Below are positions 6,155 through 11,882 of a DNA stretch of 11,882 bases, piece by piece. Made by a program: the position numbers and the translations under genes. This DNA is from Fidelibacterota bacterium (GTDB lineage Bacteria > Fidelibacterota > Fidelibacteria > Fidelibacterales > Fidelibacteraceae), in assembly GCA_034723415.1 (NCBI GenBank), contig JAYEOX010000118.1, positions 1-11,882 on the forward strand, written 5' to 3'. Below the pieces are notes generated by a model. The model did no database searches, had not been told where the DNA came from, and saw nothing but the letters and a program-made list of their open reading frames with translations. Numbering within the stretch: the stretch's first letter is position 1; the number at the start of each line of letters is the position of its first letter.

Positions 6155-7540
6155 TTATTTTAACTTTAATGCAACAAAATGTTTTCCACCCTTTCTGTCT
6201 TCAATAAGGATAAGTGTAGCACTTTTTCCTTCTTCTTTTTTCAATGCATTTTTGAAGTCATTAATATCTGAAATATTTTTATTTCCAATACTTAATATTT
6301 TATCTCCGGGACGAATACCTTTTCTTGCTGCTTTTGAATTCTTTTTAACTTTTGTTACTATTACTCCATTATAGTTCTTTAAATGAAAACGTGTTCCAAG
6401 TTCTTTTGAACCATTTTCTACAACAAACCCTAAGTCATTATTGAAATTACTTGCAGAAGTTATCAGATTTTCTTCTGCTGGCATCTCTTCTAATTTTATA
6501 CTAATTAATTTAATTTTGTCATTACGAAATACAGAGAGCTTTATAATATCTCCGGGTTTACGAGAAGAGATGTTTAATTGCAATTTAGAAGTATTTGTTA
6601 TCTCTTTATTATTAACTTTTAAAATAATATCTCCTGTTTTTAATCCTGCTTTTTCTGCCGGACTATCTTCTAAAACTTCGCTTACCAAAGATCCTGTTAT
6701 TTTTTTCAAACCAACAGAATTTGCAATATCTTGAGTTACAGGTTGAATAGATACGCCAATCCATGCGCGGATTACACGTCCGTTATCAATAATGTCATTC
6801 ATTACTCTTTTAGCTAGATTGATCGGTATACTAAAACCAACTCCTTGTGATCCACCCGATCGAGAAAGAATGGCTGAATTGATTCCAATAACTTCTCCTT
6901 TTAAATTTACTAAAGCACCTCCGGAATTTCCTGGATTTATTGCTGCATCTGTTTGAATGAAATTTTCGTACTTAGTTATTCCTATTCTTGAACGTCCTAA
7001 TCCGGAAATTATTCCCATAGTTATCGTATTATTAAGTGAACGACTAAAGGGATTCCCGATTGCTAATACAATCTCTCCTACTCGTGCCTCTTCGGAATTT
7101 CCTAATTTTGCTATTTGTAGATTTTTAGCATTAATTTTTATAACTGCAATATCAGAATTTTTATCTTGCCCGATTATTTCAGCCTCAAATTCTCGGTTAT
7201 CAGGTAATTTTACTTTAATCTCTTCAACATTATCAACAACATGGTTATTTGTTAAAATAATATTTTCATCTACAATTACTCCTGAACCTAAAATTTCACT
7301 ACGGATTTCTCCATTGTCGGGTAATTGAAAATTGAAAAAGCCATCTGGAAATCCTTCAAAAGAAAAGTCGCTAAATGGATTTTTATATTTAGTAACTTTT
7401 TCAGCTGTGATCGTTACGATTGATGGTTTGGTTTTTTCGACAACATCAACTAATTGATCATTTAAGTCATTAAGATCAAATGCACTTAGCGGAATAATTA
7501 TTAATGTAATTAAGATTGCACTAGTAACTTTTTTTAACAT
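6155..7540 (-). CDS. degP: Periplasmic serine endoprotease DegP/DegQ (HtrA, Do family) with two PDZ domains
   Basis: 461 aa with a signal peptide. Catalytic motifs are LGSGVI, TNNHVV (His), SDIAV (Asp) and IQTDAAINPGNSGGAL (Ser). Two PDZ motifs: SPAEKAGLKTGDII and SKAARKGIRPGDKI. An AGGAG RBS lies at 7550-7546. Confidence 0.93.
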   Translation of the reverse strand: MLKKVTSAILITLIIIPLSAFDLNDLNDQLVDVVEKTKPSIVTITAEKVTKYKNPFSDFSFEGFPDGFFNFQLPDNGEIRSEILGSGVIVDENIILTNNHVVDNVEEIKVKLPDNREFEAEIIGQDKNSDIAVIKINAKNLQIAKLGNSEEARVGEIVLAIGNPFSRSLNNTITMGIISGLGRSRIGITKYENFIQTDAAINPGNSGGALVNLKGEVIGINSAILSRSGGSQGVGFSIPINLAKRVMNDIIDNGRVIRAWIGVSIQPVTQDIANSVGLKKITGSLVSEVLEDSPAEKAGLKTGDIILKVNNKEITNTSKLQLNISSRKPGDIIKLSVFRNDKIKLISIKLEEMPAEENLITSASNFNNDLGFVVENGSKELGTRFHLKNYNGVIVTKVKKNSKAARKGIRPGDKILSIGNKNISDINDFKNALKKEEGKSATLILIEDRKGGKHFVALKLK

Positions 7541-7563
7541 ATTTTCTCCTCTTTTTTTTAAGT

Positions 7564-7591
7564 TTTAATGAAAAAAGATTAGAAAAGTTCC
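7564..7591 (-). promoter_or_regulatory. Putative ECF sigma (sigmaE-type) promoter of degP
   Basis: On the minus strand, GGAACTT (7591-7585), a 16-bp spacer and TTAAA (7568-7564), compared with the sigmaE consensus GGAACTT-N16-TCAAA. Confidence 0.55.
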
Positions 7592-7864
7592 GGAATATTT
7601 CGTGAAAAAATTATAAAATACATAAAGGATGATCAATAATAATTTATTTTAACTTTACTGGTTAAAGTTTTAATAATGTTTTTATTTTTATATTATTTTT
7701 TCTCAAATATTTTTTTCAAAATATTATAATTACTGTAACTAATGTAAAGTTTTTAATTAAATAGATTAGCATAATATAAATACTTATTGAGTGTTGAGTT
7801 AGTTTCAGTTGTAAAGATTAATAAATTTTCGGCTTCAAAATAATTAATTTTTAAAAAATTTGTC

Positions 7865-7893
7865 TTGACATTAAAATTAATATAAACTATTTT
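7865..7893 (+). promoter_or_regulatory. Putative sigma70 promoter of the lipoprotein/caspase operon
   Basis: Perfect TTGACA (7865-7870), a 17-bp spacer and TATTTT (7888-7893). Confidence 0.5.
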
Positions 7894-7988
7894 AATTAAT
7901 AAGATAAGGAGAATAAAAGGGAATATATTTATATGAATAAAAGTAATTATTTTTAATGTTTAATATTTAATAAAAAAAGGTGTATTTT

Positions 7989-8564
7989 ATGAAAAAACAG
8001 ACGATTATTTTAGTATGGATTCTTTCAGTTATATTTCTAAGCGGATGTACTTCTATGGGATTTATGCCTCCTAAATTCTCATTGGCAACTGCGGATTATG
8101 TTGAAAAAACTGTTAGTAAAAATACTGAGAAAACAGCTGAAGAAGCTGCGAAAAAAGCTGAAACAGTAATAGAAGAAAAAATCTCTGAGCAAAAAGAACA
8201 AATTCAGAAAGTAATTCAGGATTTTAAGAACCAACAAGAAAATACAAAAAAGATTCTTGCCTCAATGGAGGATATCACCAAAAAATCACAAAGTATTGAT
8301 TACCAATTTCGTAAAATGTTGGAAGACATTCAGAATTCTAAGCGTGAAACTCAAGATAATCTTGATGAAATATCGGATACATTAACTGTGAGTTTAATGA
8401 AATTATCTAAACTCATTAATGATAATACTCAGACACTAAAAATACAAGATCAAAAGTTTTCAAATATTATTGAACAATTGCAGACGCAGGTTAACAGTAC
8501 ACCTGGAAAAACATTAGAAGGCTTACAAAAAGCTATTGATGTATTTTTGAAAGAAGACAAATAA
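7989..8564 (+). CDS. Hypothetical coiled-coil lipoprotein
   Basis: ATG 7989 is preferred over GTG 7980 because AAGGTG (7977-7982) serves as its RBS. MKKQTIILVWILSVIFLSG-C is a type II signal peptide with lipobox LSGC. The rest is K/E/Q-rich and heptad-like. 191 aa. Confidence 0.8.
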   Translation: MKKQTIILVWILSVIFLSGCTSMGFMPPKFSLATADYVEKTVSKNTEKTAEEAAKKAETVIEEKISEQKEQIQKVIQDFKNQQENTKKILASMEDITKKSQSIDYQFRKMLEDIQNSKRETQDNLDEISDTLTVSLMKLSKLINDNTQTLKIQDQKFSNIIEQLQTQVNSTPGKTLEGLQKAIDVFLKEDK

Positions 8565-8604
8565 AGAAGAATTAATGTAATAATAATTCTCAGGAGTAAA
8601 AATA

Positions 8605-11600
8605 ATGAATTGGCGATCATTTTTTAGAAAAATGCTTTTTGTTTTATTCTTTATAATAATATTTTTTCCAAATATAGTTTGTTTAGCAAATACAGAACCA
8701 AATAAATCTGATACAACAAAAAATTTTCTCAATAAATCAAAAGGAACGTTTGATAATCTACTTGATAAAACGGCAGGTACGTTTAGTTCATCCAAAGGTG
8801 AAACTTTTGAAAAAGAAGCAGACAAAAAAACTTTAACAGATGTAACTAATTCAGAAATAACTAAAACAGAAGAAACCACACTTAAAGAAGAACAGAAAAA
8901 ATTAATTACATTGGTGGACAAATTAAATTCTCTTGAGAACAATATTAATGATGAAGTAAAAAAATTAATAAGTGCAGAAATAGATGAAAGTCCTATAAAA
9001 GATTTTGAATCTCCGTTACAGTACGAAAAGAGGAAATTAGATAATAAACAAAAAATTGAAGAAATTAAATTGCGTTATGATCAGAAATTTACTGAACAAA
9101 AATTGTTGCTTGAAAATAAGATCGAAGCTATTACATCGCAAACTTATAGAAATCCATTAGAACTTAAACTTGGAAGATACATTAATGCACGAGAACATTT
9201 TGTAATTACTGAACCGTCAACAGGACAAAATGGTAGTTTATATATAAATAGAGAAACAGCCCCTAAATTTCAAAAAGATTTCTCAACTCTTCATCCAATT
9301 GGTATTTATCAATTATTGAAAGATGGAACTAAACGATTGGTAAGTATTGAAGTTGAATATAAGGACCAAATATATACATCACTTTTCGATAGACGTTTAG
9401 AAGAAATCAAAATTTTGAAAGCATTAGATGCTCATACCAGAAATATAAATGTAATCTGTTTTAATAATGATGGTACTAAATTTGCTACAGGAAGTGATGA
9501 TAAGACAATTAAAATTTGGGATACCGAAAAACAAACTGTAATTTTTGAACTTCCAAAATTTTCGACATATATTACTGCACTTTCATTTCATCCAAGTCAG
9601 CAAATTTTAGCTTGCGGAGATAATGACGGGAATTTAATTGTTTGGAACATTGATACTAAAACAGAGATTGTGAAAATTAATGCACACGAAGATAGGATAA
9701 ATTCCATATCTTATAATCCTGATGGAAGCAAAATTTTAACCGGAAGTAAAGATAAAACTGCTAAAGTATGGAAAGTTCCTAATATGGAGTTATTATATAC
9801 TCTTGGTGATAATCCCGATGAAATAAAATACGCTTTATTTAATCCGGATGGAGTTAATTTAATTTTAGGCTGTGCAAATGGAATTATTAAAATCTACGAC
9901 TCATTCAGTGGGGATTTAAAGATCACTAAAGATTCTAATACATTATTTTTAAATGGAATGACAATCAGTCCCAATGGACAGATAATTGCAACCAGTGGAA
10001 TTTACTCAGAAATATCTTTATGGAATGCTAAAGATTTAACGCCTATTTTAAAAGTGAATGAGAAACTTTCTTCGGTGATAACTTCATTATCTTTCAGTAT
10101 TCCAAATGGTAAAATCCTGATTGGAAGTACAGATGACGGCAATATTTATTTTTGGAAAACAAATAATGGTGCTTTTATAAAAAAACTCGAAGGTGTACAT
10201 AATAAGAATATAACATCACTGGATATAAATAATGAAGGCAAAATATTAGCAAGTGCAGATGAAAATGGGGAAGTGAAACTATGGGAACTCAGTTATGATA
10301 AGTTCAGTGAGTATGTATTAGCAGGAGTTGGAGTTGCCGGTACAGGTTTTAGTAGTGGACTTCCACCAAATTTAAATGTTGATCTACAATTTGAAGAACC
10401 TTCTGGAAACAATATTCTTGACGCTCTTGAAGAAGGTAAAATAACAATAAAAATAAAAAATTCAGGTCAAGGAGTTGCTAGAAGATGCGCTATTTTACTT
10501 TCCGGAGATTATCCATCCGGATTAATAATTAGAAATCGTACGATCATAGGTGTAATTGATCCTGATGAAGAAGTAACTAAGGAAATACCACTAATTGCAG
10601 GATATTCCATACCTGATTATAAGATTTCATTAACTTGTAAAGTTATAGATGAAGCAACCGGAATTGCTGCAGCTCCAATGAATGTAAATTTTGAAACAGT
10701 AAAATACTATGTTAAACTTGAAGACGCCGGTTTTCAAATCGAAGATGCCAATAATGACGCTAGAATAGGTCCTGGCGAAGTTGTAACTGTAACAGTAAGA
10801 GTTCAGAATTTAGGAACCAGTATCGCAAAAAATGTTAGGGCAAAAATTCGTATCGGTGAGTCATTAGTATTTACAGAAGACAATAACAGAAGAGAGAAAA
10901 TATATAATTTAGGGAAACTTAAACCCGGAGAATACAAAGATGAAATAACTTTTAAGATATGGGCAAATAGTTCTGCTCCTGATACATTGCCCGTTTATCT
11001 TACCTTGTCCGAACTTTATGACAAGTGGGGTGCTAATGACATCCCAATTGTGTTACCTTTTGATAGCCCGGATATTGCTATGAAAACTCTGACTGTAAAA
11101 GGCAACAAGCAATCTGCTGATGGTATGATTGTCTCCGATTTTTCAATAGATATTGAACAAGATATACCGGAAGCCTCCATAAAAAATGACGACGCGTTAG
11201 CTATTATTTTTGGAATTGAACAATATAAAAATGTTTCAGATGCAACTTTTGCAAAACGAGATGCAGCTATAGTGAAAGAATATTTCAATAAAGCTCTTGG
11301 AATACCTGAAAATCGGATTTACTATAAAACTGATTCGGATGTTGGGAAAGCTGAATTTGATAAAGTTTTCTCAGAAGGCGGATGGTTAGAAAAACGTGTA
11401 AAAGATAATTTAACAGATATTTATGTTTATTATTCTGGGCATGGCGCTCCTGATATGAAAAATAAAGTTGCATATTTAATTCCTTATGATGGCGATCCGA
11501 ATTATGCATCTCAAACCGGTTACTGTATGGATGATCTATATAAAAATCTCTCAGAATTAAATGCAAGAAAAGTAAATATTTTCATTGATGCTTGTTTTTC

Positions 11601-11882
11601 CGGGGCAGATCGTGAAAACGATATGTTGTTGACTGATGCTCGTCCTATTCTTATTAAAGTTAATGAGTCTAGTACAAATATTACGGAAAATATGACTGTT
11701 TTTTCCGCCGCTAGTGCAAAACAGATATCATCTGCATGGCCAGAGAAAAAACACGGATTATTTACTTATTTTATGCTAAAAGGGTTAAAGGGTGATGCTG
11801 ACGCCGACAAAAATAATAATCTGACAATACAGGAATTAGAAAGTTATATCAAATCTAATGTGTCAGAAACTGCTGGAATGTT
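8605..11882 (+). CDS. Secreted multidomain caspase-family (peptidase C14) protein with WD40 propeller and Ig/CARDB-like domains; runs off the window end
   Basis: Not in the ORF track because it has no stop in the window. AGGAG RBS at 8592-8596, ATG 8605, 1092 open codons. Signal peptide MNWRSFFRKMLFVLFFIIIFFPNIVCLA, then a coiled coil. Seven WD40 repeats at ~9421-10290 (e.g. AHTRNINVICFNNDGTKFATGSDDKTIKIWD). Two Ig-like units at ~10360-11060 (ITIKIKNSGQG; GPGEVVTVTVRVQNLGTS). C14 domain from ~11188: ALAIIFGIEQY, YVYYSGHG (His 11440-11442), IFIDACFSG (Cys 11593-11595) and HGLFTYFMLKGL. Confidence 0.92.
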   Translation, partial: MNWRSFFRKMLFVLFFIIIFFPNIVCLANTEPNKSDTTKNFLNKSKGTFDNLLDKTAGTFSSSKGETFEKEADKKTLTDVTNSEITKTEETTLKEEQKKLITLVDKLNSLENNINDEVKKLISAEIDESPIKDFESPLQYEKRKLDNKQKIEEIKLRYDQKFTEQKLLLENKIEAITSQTYRNPLELKLGRYINAREHFVITEPSTGQNGSLYINRETAPKFQKDFSTLHPIGIYQLLKDGTKRLVSIEVEYKDQIYTSLFDRRLEEIKILKALDAHTRNINVICFNNDGTKFATGSDDKTIKIWDTEKQTVIFELPKFSTYITALSFHPSQQILACGDNDGNLIVWNIDTKTEIVKINAHEDRINSISYNPDGSKILTGSKDKTAKVWKVPNMELLYTLGDNPDEIKYALFNPDGVNLILGCANGIIKIYDSFSGDLKITKDSNTLFLNGMTISPNGQIIATSGIYSEISLWNAKDLTPILKVNEKLSSVITSLSFSIPNGKILIGSTDDGNIYFWKTNNGAFIKKLEGVHNKNITSLDINNEGKILASADENGEVKLWELSYDKFSEYVLAGVGVAGTGFSSGLPPNLNVDLQFEEPSGNNILDALEEGKITIKIKNSGQGVARRCAILLSGDYPSGLIIRNRTIIGVIDPDEEVTKEIPLIAGYSIPDYKISLTCKVIDEATGIAAAPMNVNFETVKYYVKLEDAGFQIEDANNDARIGPGEVVTVTVRVQNLGTSIAKNVRAKIRIGESLVFTEDNNRREKIYNLGKLKPGEYKDEITFKIWANSSAPDTLPVYLTLSELYDKWGANDIPIVLPFDSPDIAMKTLTVKGNKQSADGMIVSDFSIDIEQDIPEASIKNDDALAIIFGIEQYKNVSDATFAKRDAAIVKEYFNKALGIPENRIYYKTDSDVGKAEFDKVFSEGGWLEKRVKDNLTDIYVYYSGHGAPDMKNKVAYLIPYDGDPNYASQTGYCMDDLYKNLSELNARKVNIFIDACFSGADRENDMLLTDARPILIKVNESSTNITENMTVFSAASAKQISSAWPEKKHGLFTYFMLKGLKGDADADKNNNLTIQELESYIKSNVSETAGM

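Noticed and set aside
6441..7328. Plus-strand ORFs 6441-6734 and 6957-7328
   Set aside because: Antisense shadows of degP.
7980..7988. GTG start given in the track for the lipoprotein
   Set aside because: The GTG is part of the likely SD sequence (AAGGTG). ATG 7989 gives a canonical MKK signal peptide.
8701..8796. Weak 10-11 aa repeats (NKSDTTKNFL / NKSKGTFDNLL / DKTAGTFSSSK) near the caspase protein N-terminus
   Set aside because: Too degenerate to distinguish from a low-complexity linker.
9421..10290. WD40 repeats as a diversifying, high-identity repeat array
   Set aside because: The seven blades are highly divergent at the nucleotide level, with no sign of recent repeat shuffling.
8523..11566. 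Minus-strand ORFs 8523-8942, 11016-11288 and 11285-11566
   Set aside because: They lie antisense to the long WD40-caspase reading frame, which is clearly the real gene.

Overview
Very AT-rich bacterial chromosomal window. The gene content resembles FCB-group or related uncultured lineages, but taxonomy cannot be fixed from the sequence. It holds eight genes. In order: a partial minus-strand membrane protein (CPBP/CAAX-protease-like), a secreted C69 dipeptidase, comF, an AAA_14/DUF4143 ATPase-nuclease, a TrmH/SpoU RNA methyltransferase, a DegP/HtrA protease, a coiled-coil lipoprotein, and a >1092-aa secreted protein. The last is missing from the ORF track and has a coiled coil, a 7-blade WD40 propeller, two Ig-like domains and a caspase-family (C14) domain with intact His-Cys dyad and an EF-hand-like loop. 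The most unusual non-coding structure surrounds the ATPase gene. It lies in a ~2.1 kb segment bounded by a 15-bp inverted repeat. It is preceded by four imperfect palindromes phased 33/33/32 bp apart, the last overlapping its predicted promoter. It is followed by a ~480-bp mosaic of unrelated REP-like hairpins and microsatellites. An attC-like half site precedes the membrane-protein gene, and a sigmaE-type promoter precedes degP.
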